A DNA stretch of 64,000 bases from the NCBI GenBank assembly GCA_047967505.1, contig CM106538.1; one strand, given 5' to 3'. A program made the position numbers and the translations under genes. The notes under the pieces are model-generated. The model was given only the letters and a program-made list of their open reading frames with translations. It did not search any database and was not told the DNA's origin. This DNA comes from Dipteris shenzhenensis (taxonomy: Eukaryota). The stretch's first letter is position 1. Every line of letters begins with the position of its first letter. Below are positions 12,401-25,900 of this stretch, piece by piece.

Positions 12401-13346
12401 TCATTCCCCTTTCTTGGCATCTGGATGCATATGCTCTAAGGGCTTCAATTAAATAGTCACCATGCCATCATCTTTCTCAAGAGAGACACAATGTCTACCT
12501 AGCTGTGCACATGCATGTGCCATCTTCCCCGTGCCTGAAAATGCATCCACAACCATGTCCCCCTCCTCTATGAATGTGTGCAAGTGAAACCTAGAAACAA
12601 GATCCTCAATTGTTAACAAACCAACCATACACGAAGACTAGAAAAATCACCTGCAAATTAAAATCACTTGCTCAATCCAAGTTGTCTCTCTGCACTACCT
12701 CGCACGAACTTGTGACCCTCTTGTGTGCCTTTGAAGGTGTGGATTTTTGTCTCCCTTATCCAGTTTGACTAGCGAATGCATATGTCATTGCCTCGTCGTC
12801 ATTGCCAAGGCTCTTCTCTACTAAGGCTTTATTGTAGTATGTGGGGATCTTGCATCTACGCTGTCATATAACCAAGACCTCCCCAAGACTAGCCAGGTCA
12901 TCTATAACTAGAAAACTTAAACAAGTCAAACTTTCGCAAATTTGTGCATAAACATATTTGAAACTGTACTACCATTTAAATGAGATTTCACGTACCATCT
13001 CCTTGGGATTCTCTTGCATGTAGCTGCAGTCAAGGTATACCATTAGCATGTGAAATCCATTATCCATTGCCCCCCACTGAACACAACACACATGTTCTAG
13101 CAAGCAAGTACTGATGAGCCACCCCCCATGATTGACTATATGGTTTGCAAATGTTGGAATAGCCTCCACAAGACCCATATTTAACTAGTTCCACTCCAGA
13201 ATCTCCTTTTTGGAGATGCGCCCAACAGAGATGATGTAGGAAATTCTGCCCACATCATGCTTGCAGCTGCCTTTGTTTCTTTCTCTTCAATTGTGATTGA
13301 TGGAGGGGTCAGCAACTTAAGAAAATTCCTTACTTTCACATGAGAC
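12401..13346 (-). pseudogene. Spliced beta-class DNA amino-methyltransferase (N6_N4_Mtase-like) pseudogene, copy 1
   Basis: The last exon (12590-12401) reads FHLHTFIEEGDMVVDAFSGTGKMAHACAQLGRHCVSLEKD, a SAM-binding motif I. A GT-AG intron at 12667-12591 joins VRGSAERQLGLSK in frame. The upstream exon has MMWAEFP and IVNHGGWLISTC. Internal stops and a frameshift are present. Confidence 0.72.
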
Positions 13347-13831
13347 CTGAAGAATAGAGACATTCACATCAATAATCCACATCAATAATCATGGTTACCG
13401 ACGGTGTCTCTTGGTGCCCTAAAGAAAACCGCACGGTGTAGATGTGGGACCATGCAGGCTAAATGACTTGGTATGGATAGATACCGCACAGTAGTTATGT
13501 CATGATACTGTGCGGTAAGAGTATAAACCACGCAGTATGGTCTCGATGGACAGTGGTGTAAAGAACCATGTTTTCTTTGTTTAGGGTGTTAGGCCCTGAT
13601 CTTTATCCGAAAAGTACGTATTTTATTTTAAAAAACATGCTTTTTAAATCCTTGCTCATGGTGTCAATATTAGAAGGAAATTACAATAGTGCAATTGAAG
13701 GCTTAGGGCCTTAAATAAGAGGATTGAAGATCCCTAAAATGTTAAGGAAGCACAAGGACCTTTAAAATTATTTAAGATTTAATATAGAATCTTTGATGAA
13801 GATAATTCTCTCTGTCTCTCTGTCTCTCTCT

Positions 13832-16800
13832 TGAGAGTCCTCTCAACGGAAGCAAGAACAGAAGAAGGAGAGAGAGAGATAGAGAGCCACACAAGTTTGG
13901 TGGGTGCAGAACCACCCTAATCATCTTTTTCATTCATTTATATGTGTGTTTGAGTATTGTACATAACCGGGGTTAAGGCACAGTGACCTTTAACCCCCAC
14001 AACCTCCCACTTAAAGGACAATGTGCCTTTAAGAGAGAACAACTAGTGAGCATACTATCCAATGCCCATCAATACACGACAATACTCAAACCGCTGACTA
14101 GGTAGACTCTTCATCAGCATATCTGCAGGGTTATCGTCTGTATGAACCTTGACAAGCTCTATGCGCTTGTCCTTAAGTACCTCCCTAATGAAATGGTACC
14201 TGACCTCAATGTGTTTGGTCTTTGCATGAAAGACCGGATTCTGTGCTAGCTGAATAGCACTCATGGCATCACTATGCAATGTCGGTACACCTGTATGAAT
14301 CCCCAAATCTCCCACTAGCCGATCAAGCCATATAGCCTCCTTGCAACCCTCTGTGGCTGCAACATACTTAGCCTCTGTGGTAGACAAAGCAACGCACTTC
14401 TGTGCACGAGACATCCACGACACTGCACCACCTGCAAAGGTGAACACATAACGAGAAGTGGATCTCCTACTATCCACATGCCCTGCATAGTTTGAATCTA
14501 TGTACCCAAGTACACGCATGTCTCCTTTACCAAAGCAGATGCACATCTCCTTGGTACCCTTCATGTACCTCATGATGCACTTAACTGCCTCCCAATGCCT
14601 CTTTCCTGGATTAGCCATATACCGGCTAACAACTCCCACTGCAAATGCAATGTCTGGTCTAGTAGCTATCATAGCATACATAAGACTCCCAACTGCTGAT
14701 GCATAAGGAACCTTGGCCATCATGGCCCTCTCCTCTTCTGATTTGGGACTATCTATATGACTCAGTTTCACATATGGAGGCAATGGAGTACTCACTGCCT
14801 TCCCCCCCTCCATATTGAAACGCTGCAATACTTTTGTAACATACTCTTTTTGTGAAAGCCAAAGGAGTTTCCTACTCCGATCACGCGTGATGCACATACC
14901 AAGAATATGACCTGCAAGTCCCAAATCCTTCATATCAAAGGCCTCATGCAACTTGGCCTTTAATGCATCTAGCTCATAAGTATTCTTGCTAGCCAATAGC
15001 ATATCATCCACATATAGCGCCAGGATTACCAGGCTATTATCCTTAGCCCTTTTAGTGTAGAGGCAGTGATCAATTTCACTCCTTCTAAAACCCTGGGACC
15101 GAATGAAAGCATCAAACTTCTGATACCATTCTCTAGGTGCTTGCTTAAGACCATAGAGACTCTTCTTCAGCTTGCAAATGAAATGCTCTTTGCCCTTTTC
15201 TTCAAAGCCTTCCGGCTGCACCATGTAAATTTCCTCATGCAAATCCCCATGCAAGAAAGCTGTCTTGACATCCATCTACATAAGCTCCATATCCTATGAT
15301 ACCACTAGTCCAAGCATGCATCTAAGTGTGGTCATCTTCACAACTGGAGAGAATATCTCATCAAAGTCCACACCCTTCTCTTGCTTGAACCCTTTAGCAA
15401 CCAAACGGGCCTTGTACCTAGGCACATCATCACCTGTGACCTTCATTTTGTAGACCCATTTACATGGCAATGCTTTCTTTCCATGTGGCAAAGAAACCAA
15501 GTCCCAAGTCTTATTCTTCATAAGTGAACTCATCTCTGATTGCATAGCATACTCCCACTTGCGTTTATCCTCACGCATCATAGCCTCTCTATAGCAAGAA
15601 GGCTCCCCGCAATCAGTAAGCATCACATAGTCTACCCCTGGAACAAACCTATCAGGCGGTCTAGACACTCTAGATGATCTTCTCAAGGGCATTTCAGCTT
15701 GCTGTCCCACTTGCATATCAGCCACATTTGGCTCATCATTTCCACCAATAGATGATCCATCATATACCCTTGATTGTATACCTGTGGGAGTACTTGGTGG
15801 TACCATTTCTTGCACATTTGGTGCATGGACAGCTTGCTGTCTATCAACATAGGCAGGTGGATTCACATCCTGGAAAGTGATTCTCCTCATTTCCACATCC
15901 CTCATGGGTGCCTTATGCATCTTCTTCTCATTGAAGACCACATCATGGCTGCGTATGATCTTCTTTGCTTCTGGATCCCACAGACGATAGCCCATCTCTC
16001 CACTTTCACCATAACCCAGAAAGATGCATTTCCTAGACTTAGGATCTAGCTTCTTTCGAAGCTCTTTTGGCACATGTGCATATGCCTCACACCCAAATAT
16101 ATGCAAATGAGAGTAAGAGGGCTTCTTGCCACTCCATGCCTCTTTAGGAATACCACCATCCAAACTCTTACTAGGTGATCTATTGATCACATGCACTGCA
16201 GTCTTCATTGCCTCAGCCCAAAAACCACTAGAAAGACTTGCATTGGAAAGCATGCATTGCAACCTTTATTGAATGGTATGGTTCATCTTTTCTGCAACTA
16301 GATTTTGCTCTGGAGTATGAGGGGATGTGAGCTCCCTCTTAATCCCACGTGTATCACAGAAATGCTGAAAGTCATGAGAGAGATACTCTCCACCATTGTC
16401 AGTCCGTAGGCATTTAAGCATTCTACTTGACTGATTCTCAACCAAGGCCAGCCATTTCTGAAATACCTGGAAACATCACTCTTCCGAGCTATAGTATAAT
16501 CCCACACTTTCCTAGTTGCATCATCAATGAATGTCACATAGTATTCAGCCCTGCCTAATGACCATGTAGGCATGGGACCATATACATCTGAATGCACCAA
16601 ATCAAGCATTTCAAACTCTTTCTTTCCCCTTCTTTTATGGGCTGATTTAGTCTGCTTCCCATAGAGACAATGCTCACAAAATTCAAAATCAGAGAAACTC
16701 AAATGCGGTACATAACCCAAACGGCATAAGAGTTTCATTCCATTCTGGCTCATGTGCCCCAACCTGCAATGCCACAAAGAAGTGCTTGGCTGCTCGGTTA

Positions 16801-19731
16801 TTGCAACAACATGATCAAATACCCCTGATACATGTAAGGGATACAAAGTCCCACACTTGGCACCCCTGGCCAAAAGCATAGAACCCTTCTAAATTTTCCA
16901 ACTTTGAAAGCCAAAAGTGGTGTGAAAACCAGCATCATCTAGCTGACCCATTGAAATAAGACTCTTGGTCAACTTAGGCACATGTCTCACATGTTTCAAA
17001 ACAAATGCAGACCCATTTGCAAAAGAAAACTTTATGTCACCTGCTCCCACTATGTCACATGGATAGTCATTTCCAAGATGCACACAACTTGTCTTTCCAC
17101 TATCATAAGTGGAGAACCATTCCCTATGGGGAGTAACATGGAATGAAGCACCAGAATCCAAAATCCAATCCTGGGAATATGCATCATCTGAAGTGGTAAG
17201 CAACTCTGCAGATAAACTAGACATGAAGAGAACATCATTGTCACTATCATGTGTGACTGCATTGATCTCCTCGATCTTCACTTTTCCTTTGTCCTCCCTT
17301 GGACTCTCTTCCTTTTGATTTGCACCCCAATTTGCATTCTTTTTTTTATCCTTTTGCTCTCTTTTCAGCTTGTAGCAATCCTTTTTCATATGGCCCTTCT
17401 TGCCACAATGGTAACACTCAATGTTCCATGCCCTGGATTTTCTACGAGACTTCCCTCTTTCTTGGGACTTCCCCCTGAACTGTGATCTGCCCCTTTGCAC
17501 ATTTAAGGCTACATCCTGCTTGTTGCCATCCATAGACTTCCGTCTAATCTCCTCGGCCAACAAGCTACCCACAACATCATCAAATTTCAGTACTCCACCA
17601 GGTGCAGAGTTACTAACAGCTGTACGGAAGGTATCCCATGAGGATGGCAATGAACATAAGAGAAATATTGCCTTAGTCTTCGCATCAAAATTCATTTTCT
17701 GAGCCTGAAGCTGGCTGAAAATAATATTGAATTCATTCAAGTGAGAAGCAATGGAGACCCCTTCCTTCATCTGCAGCTCAAACAACCTCTTCATGAGGTA
17801 AACTTTATTAGAGGCAGTTTCCTTCTCATAAGTGGCACACAGTTTCTTCCGCAAATCTTCCGTAGTCTGCTCATATATACTACTGTGAAATAAACTGACT
17901 CTGCAAGATGAAGTCTAATAGTAGACTTTGCTAATGCATCCAACTCATTCCAATCATCCTCAGACATATCCGCAGGCTTAGCTTCAATACCTACCAAGGG
18001 TTTAATCTGCTTCTTTTGAATAAGCACATCCCTTATTTGTTCTTTCCACAAAGAAAAGTTTGTCCCATCAAACTTTTTAATGCTGAAAAACTCCTTTTCA
18101 GACATGGAAGAGGATGCCATGATGCAAATAAAGCAAAATCCCAAATGCTAGTGCCTGCAAGAGAGAATCACAACAAATACCAAGTGCACCCAAATGTGTA
18201 TGCCACAATAGACTAAAATATCACAAAAGACTCAAAGCTCAAAGCATCAAAAGATGCATCTGACTCATGTGCATATACTATGCATCCATATGAGCAAATC
18301 TGGCCCAAAAGAAAATGCCAATAAGTGCCAAATGACTCAAGCATAAACACCATCCACTAGCATATACATCAATTATATCTCATCCAAGAGAGCATAGCAC
18401 TATCAGTGCATCACCAACAATGTGTCAAAGCTGTCCCTCAGCATAAAATAGCATCCATGTGCAAAGCGTCCATAAAAAATAGCATCCCACAAGGCAATTT
18501 GGGCCTATCAGCGCATCCAACAAGGACCGCAATGCATCCAAATGGCCTATAAATCATCCATTGCAACCCAATGCATACCACGAATGAGTGCACACTGCTC
18601 AAACTGCAACCAGAGTGATCTGCATAAGGTATGCTGAAGAAATCATAGTCCCACGGTAATGAGCGCTACTGAAAATAGAACCTGAGATGCCTCAAAACAT
18701 GGGCGCCATTGCATAATCGGACTCAGCAAGAAAATCTGCAAATATCTCTCTTCTACCAGAACTCCAAAATCCCAACCGATGAGTGAGAAATGGGAGTCAA
18801 CACTTATCCACTGCCATGTGGCATAAATCTAAGATTTCAAAACCTTAGAATGAAAAATGCATAACAGAGAGATGAAATCGAATACACAGAGATCTATAAC
18901 TCTGAAAATCCTCCACCGAATCGCGTAAGAACTGACAGGTAGGGGTTTTTGGGCATCCGGAACACAATGGGACAGACGGTTTTGGAAACCGTGGTCTCAA
19001 TCACTGGGTCCAACACACGGACTGAAAAACGTTTTTGGAAACAGAGCTATCTGTAAACTCCACCAGAGTGTGAATGATGAGCAACATAGAAGTTTTAGGA
19101 CCTCCTGAGTCCACTGGAACTGACAGATCTGCAAATGGTTGCTCCAAACTTGAGTTCCAACACCCGGGCAAAAAACGCAGGAACTGACACAGTGAGTCGG
19201 AAATCCAATGAAATGATCCCAGATTCAAGAATGAAGGTGTTTCCAAGCTCCTAAAGTGAAGTGGACACTAAAAGCAAGCAATAGTTGCCTCTACAAGTCA
19301 ATATGGAGTCTCTGTCATCGAACAGAACAGGAAAAAGCTCAAAAAACGACTTTTTCTTTGAAACCACTTAACAGGCTCTCAAAACCACTTCGCAAAGCCA
19401 AAGTGACTTTTCCAAAGGTTCCTCCAAGGTCTCTGCACACTCGGATGCAAGTAAAGTCACCCACAAAGCTTCCCACAAAGCTTCTCCTTCCTCCCACAGA
19501 GCTGCTGAGCTTCCAAGCATTCACGCATGCTCAGCTAGATCACCCGGGCTCTGATACCAGTTGAGAGTGCTCTCAACGGAAGTAAGAACGGAAGAAGGAG
19601 AGAGAGAGATAGAGAGCCACACAAGTTTGGTGGGTGCAGAACCACCCTAATCTTCTTTTTCATTCATTTATATGTGTGTTTGAGTATTGTACATAACCGG
19701 GGTTAAGGCACAGTGACCTTTAACCCCCACA
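13832..19731 (-). mobile_element. Full-length Ty1/copia LTR retrotransposon with disrupted gag-pol
   Basis: 170-bp LTRs at 19562-19731 and 13832-14001, with 4 mismatches by eye. PBS TGGTATCAGAGC at 19548-19559, PPT just inside the 3' LTR, TSD TCTCT in a CT microsatellite. Confidence 0.96.
14055..18144 (-). pseudogene. Copia gag-protease-integrase-RT-RNase H polyprotein, broken into 5 ORFs
   Basis: CYHCGKKGHMKKDC zinc knuckle, WILDSGAS, WHCRLGH...CEHC, LVHSDV, YVDDML, KTKHIEVRYHF. Confidence 0.93.
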
Positions 19732-21267
19732 TCTCTCTCTTTCTCTCTCTCTCTCTTGTCTTACCCCTTTCTTTCACTCTTGTTTTCTTGTTTCCTTCCC
19801 TTCCTCTCCCTTTTACAAATTCTAGTTGATTCTCTTACTCTACCAGATCTTCTTGCTTAAAATAATGAGAAAGCTTTTGTAGCCAATTCAAAGCATAATA
19901 TGTTATATCTTATTGCAACTACTTAAAGATTGAAATATAACAATCACAACTCATACATATTAATGTTACTACACAAGAGTTTTAAAGCAAATAACATATT
20001 CAACCATTTCATATCCAAGCTATAATGACACTAAAAGACAAATAAACAACTAAGTGTCAAAACCTAGATAATTACAATTAAGAATTTAAAGTACAACACC
20101 TAAAGTTGAATAAATAACTAAGTGTTGAAGATTAGACTATTATATTTTTTGAAGAATTACAACAACACCATAAGCTAGATAAATGACCATGTGTCAAAGT
20201 CTAAACATTCATTCTATGATGTACACAATGATACTAAAAGCCAAATGAATGAACAAGTGTTGAAGACTGGTTATTTCACAAACTATGTACCCACCACAAG
20301 ATGAATAAACAACCAAGTTTTGAATCCTATTACCCTTCTAAGATTGGTGAACAACACATGCAACTGAATGGTATGATCAAGTGTTGAACTAGTTTCAAAA
20401 TAAGAGGAAGGAGTCCTTATAGCAACATCAAAAGTCAAGTATTACGACCAAGTGTCAAAATGCAAACTTGCTTATCTAAGTACATCTACAATCGAGTGGT
20501 AAGAAATAGGGTAGAGCAATAAGCACCATATAAATGCATGGCCCAAAAGACAACTCAAATATTACATGACAAATCAAGAAATCAATGTATTGTGATGAGA
20601 CGAAAGGCCAAATACAACACTACGTCAATACTAAAAAGTCATATAATATAAAAAACAAAAGGACACATCACACAACATTGACATATTATTTTAAAATACA
20701 ACACTACATAAATCATTGTGCTAAAAGATTTATGCCTAGATTTGCTACATTGAAGATATGCCAAAGTATACAAGTGACACATCCAACTAGATAGCATAAA
20801 AAAAAATATGAGAAACCCGCATTCTAGAATGAATTTCAAGTGAAATGTTTAAAAAACATTTACTATAGAAACTATCCATAAAGAAGATATATACTATTTG
20901 CATCCAAGAATCTCAAATAAGCTAAAAACTTAAAGAGAACTCTACCTACTCCGAACACTCATACTTAACACCAGGTAGCTCCTATCAATAATTGCAAGAA
21001 CAACCATTTTGTTACTTCTATGACCATATGTTAAAACATTTATATATATATATATTCCTATAACATTATCTAATCTAAAGAATGAAATTCTATTTAACTA
21101 CCAATAGAAATGACATGTATATAATTTACTTATTAGACTACTCTTATATTCGCTATAGGAAATCATTAAAGAAGGAAATAAAATACAGGGAGTACAATCT
21201 AGTTTACAAAATCCATGTGACTATAATTTACTAATCGTGAAGAACACATGACTAAATTAGAAGTATA

Positions 21268-21293
21268 ATATATATATATATATATATATATAT
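21268..21293. repeat. (TA)n microsatellite
   Basis: About 12 TA units. Confidence 0.95.
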
Positions 21294-22969
21294 GTCTCAA
21301 CATCTAGTTATCTCACCTTATATAAAATACTATCTATATATAAAGAAAAATTAATAACTTAAACTATACGTATAGATAAGTATACTTATAAATAGCTACA
21401 AATAAAAATGACTAACTACATCTATTAAAAAGATCTACTATAAGCCAAACAATCGAAACAAAGGCAAGTAACAAGCACACCTACATCTTGACTCATACAA
21501 TCATCATCAAACATAAATTACACTATCCCAGTGACTTACCTATCGTATTCATCGTTGAGAGGTGAAGACAAGCAAGAACCTTCGATGACGACCACAACCA
21601 CCAGACGCGATCGAGCTCTTGCCAATCAGTATGAGCCACTTGATGATGAAACAAACTGACTACCAATCTTCTTGACTATGCCGTGCAGGCAAAAATCTAC
21701 CATTAAAAAAAATCTTGAGTAGCAAAAAATCTACAAAGAAAAGAGCTAACCCACAATTAAGCACATAAAAACATAGGGCCCAAAATACTACTACCATGAA
21801 CACAAACAGTACGAAGGAAATGACCCAAGATCATGGTCTAGGGACTCATGGAGTACAACAAACTAGACATAAAGCTCTAACTAACATCCACTAAAGATCC
21901 ATGATGTCTAGTTGACAACATGGAGAAGCACATTGCTAGATAAAAATCAAGAAAGAATGCCAGGGAATAATGGCTAACTCGTAGTGACACTCAAGAGGAA
22001 GACTCCAGCTACGAGACCAAAACTAGTCTACTCTGATAGAAATACGATGGTAGGGATAGCTTCATGATGCAGATGAACGGGCTTTTAGATGGTTACTTCC
22101 TAGCACCCACTCATTCATAGCCTCTCTTGATCAGCGGTCTTACTCTTACCATGACCAAGGAAATAAGGACAAACTGTGTAGCTCACCGAGCAATTCATCT
22201 TGGGTGGAACAAACTCAGTGGAGGAAGAGATTTAACCCAAGTGCTAAGCACTAATTGGCATGTAACACAATGCCATGAGAAAATCTTGAGCAAGGCACCA
22301 GAACCAGCAATAGGGAGATGAACAATTTTGATCAAAAGGCATCAGGATTGCATCATAATGTATTGATCTAGTTAGATGTATATGCCGATGGACATGTCTG
22401 ACAAGTATGCTTTGATGACAATAAATGGAGCCACAGAATGCACTGATGTTTGCTGAAGTCACAGTGATTGGTCATTCGATGAATATGTGGCATCACCCTA
22501 AGACACTCTCACATGAAGTTGGGGGTAATAAACTTCACGCACCTCTTCACTTCCTGCTGCTTTCGACTTGAGTGATAGAGATATTCATCACTGGGAAAGG
22601 GACATTAAAAAGAAGCTTTTATAGCAAGAGACCATACCATACTATCCTCCCTTATATGAGAATGAAGATGGTAACATCCCAAGTGATGTTGTACTCAAGC
22701 ATAGGGAGAAGGAAAGGATTAGTGGAGGCCATAATCTCAGTAAGCCGGTCTACACCAAAGAGAAGAGCAATACATTGTTGAAATAAGATCTTGTGTCTCA
22801 ACGTGACATGAACTGATATATATCGAGGAGTTTGAAGGAGCTAGTTGGGTCAGATGGGTAGGTTTCGGGGAAACATTGCACCTCCTTCATAGATACCTTT
22901 ACAATTAGCTCAAAACACTCTACAAATTGTCATTAGAAACAAAGGCATATAACTTTTAGTACTAGAGAC

Positions 22970-25900
22970 ATGATATCAAATATTCAAACACATATCAAGA
23001 TGTTCCTTGAAATGGGCATCACTTTGATATAAGTTTCGTAAGAAACAGAGAAGCGGTCAGAAAGATATGGGTAGTTTAGTGGGCAGGGGTAAAAACGGTC
23101 TCCATGATTAGACTTCATCAACGATCCAAGTCCCATAGAGATCACCTAGGAGGGAAGGAAGAGCTCCCTTTTTGACTTGGGAAATAGATAAACCATGTAT
23201 GCGCAATGAGCGGCCAAATAAACAACACTTTTGAGCACTTTGGAAGAGAAAACAATGGAAAAAGGGAAGAGACACTCAAGAGAGAGAACCTAAAGTGAAC
23301 TTCATTACCACCAATAGAGTGAGACTCCACTCCAATGCAACTCAAAATACTACAAACACAAGGAAGAAGAAGAGGTTTTCTATGTACAAGAGGGAGCAGA
23401 AGCTCCAAGACTACTCATAGAGAGAGAATGAACTAGAGAGAGATGGACTCAAGAGTCTACATAAGAGAATATCTACATGAGGGAGAGAAGGCTCATGGAA
23501 GAGGCTTGAGGAGACTAATGGTGAAAGAGATGATGAAAAAGGGAGAGGAGGGCTCCTTTTATAGAGATTTTTTCACCCCCCTTCACCCATTTACAATTGC
23601 CGCCTATAGATTCCTTTCGCCATCAATCACATAAGCCCATATGTCACCATCTATATCCTTTTTGGCTACTCTTGCCATATGTCCCATCAAAAGATGCTCA
23701 AGACTCTTAAAATATTGAGAAAGTCAAGAGTCTCCCCACATGGGGCCCATAGGGACCCTCTCTTTTCCATATGTCCACATCCTCCTTATTCCACATAGGA
23801 ATTCTAGAAGGATTCCTCTTGACTCCACACTCCTCCACATGCCTTCCACATGCTTGGCATGTGGCCTCTCTTATATTATTGGAACACATGGACATGAGCC
23901 CACCTCTTTATATGACTCACTCTTCGTATTTTCTAAAAACCCCATAATATCCCATACACAAATAACTCTCACCCCATACCAAGGTATTTATCATTCATAC
24001 ACATGGCATTTACAATGATCCATTCCACTCATCCTCTCAATCCCATACAATATCTTAGAAAATAGAAATAAGTGAGAGCCACTAGGCTATCACTTGATAC
24101 TCAAACTCTCTAGAATAAAACAATACCAATGCCAAACAAAAAATATCAATTTTTGGCATCACATCTTTCCCCCTAGCAGGTCCTCTCTAGTGACAGAGAG
24201 GGTCTGCTGACCCTCAAGGTGGTCAAGCATAGAAGAATTTAAAGCGATACTCATTGGTGCATCTAGGTATCACCATGCGATCAACATCCTCAAGCTGATA
24301 GGTTCCATTTGTGAACTTCTTTTTGACTCGATATGGTCCCTCCCATCGGCCGATAAACTTATTGTCCAACTGCTTGTCCAGACGGCTATCAAATCTCATG
24401 ACCAAAACTCAATCTGCAATATCTTTCTTCTTGTGTAATTTGGTGCCAAAACGGGCCTTGCGCCTTTTTTGAGAAGCTTCCAAGTTTTGTAAGGCCTATA
24501 ATTTGCATGCATCCAAGGCTTCTAGCTATACCAAGCATTGAGCATAGGCATTCTCCTCTCCTTCTTTTCTTACAACAGCAATGCGAAGACTATGTATCTC
24601 CAATTCAATGGGAAAAATGGCTTATATTCCATACACTAGTTGGAATGGTGTAAACCCAATATCTAGCTTGTGTGTGGTTTTGTAAGCCCATAAAACTTCT
24701 GCCAAGTGCCTATCCCAATGCCTTTTCTTGGTGTCTACAAGCTTTCCCATTGAATTGCACAACAATCCATTTGTTTTCTCTGCCAAGCCATTACATTGGG
24801 GATAGTATGGCGTGGACATGCTATGATTTATCTTTAGCTTATGCACCACATCTTTGATTAGTTCATTTCTAAAAGAGGTTCCTCCATCAGTGAGAATTTC
24901 CAAAGGACAACCAAAGCATGAACAAATTTGATCAAAGAGAAATTTTGCAACTATGCTGGCCTTACTTCTGACTGTGGCCTTGGCCTCTGCCCACCAAGTC
25001 GCATAATTTGTGGCCACCAATAAATAATGCTTGCCTTGAGATGAGTGAGGGAGTGGTCCCACAAAGTCCAACCCCCACCTCTCAAATGGTCCATATGCTA
25101 GAATAGGCTTCAAGGGCCCAGGAATCAACTGTCACCTTCTAAACCTTTAGCATACTTTACAACTTTGACACCATTCATATATATCCTTATGGAGGCATGG
25201 CCAAAAGTAACATGCATTAAGAATTTTCCTAGCTGTGCTCGCTAAAGCAAAATGACTTATAAAGAATGTCATTAACAACAGTATAGGGACAAGCCTTCCT
25301 TACCAATCTCTGCTTCTGTTGTGGAGTTAACCCTCGAGGAAACATGCCTTCTTCCACATATTGCTGAACATCTTGCAGTTCTGGCCATCTAGTGTCTACC
25401 AAAGAAACCACCCCCCGGTCTTGTACTATAATGGCTTGAGTAGCTAACTCATATGCCCTTTGATTTTATTTTATGCTTATATGAACAAACTTGCAAAAAT
25501 CATACTGATTACATAGTGCCATAGCCTTTTGATTAAGCTCCTTAAAATGAGGACTTCTTGTCTTGTAATGCCCTTGCATTTGCTTTATAATAAGCTAAGA
25601 ATCTCCTTTTACTTCCAATTCTTTAACTTAACTTTAAAGACAACCCTCCAAACCAAGAATCAAAGCATTATACTTAGTTGCATTGTTAGTTGTGATACTT
25701 TGAAGCTCTTATCCTCTTGCCCACACCTCTTGACCTTCAGAATTCATCAAGACTATCCCCCCAACTCCTTGATGGCGTGAAGGACTAAAAGCCCCATTAA
25801 AATACAAGACAAAAGCTATTTGTGGTGTCTCCCTTTCATCATTAATGTCCTCCTTATATTTCTTTTTTTTCTCTTAGATCCTGCCATCCTGTGAGAAAAT

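Noticed and set aside
21530-21700. Isolated minus-strand exon with a GTAAG donor
   Set aside because: No recognisable protein and no partner exons found.
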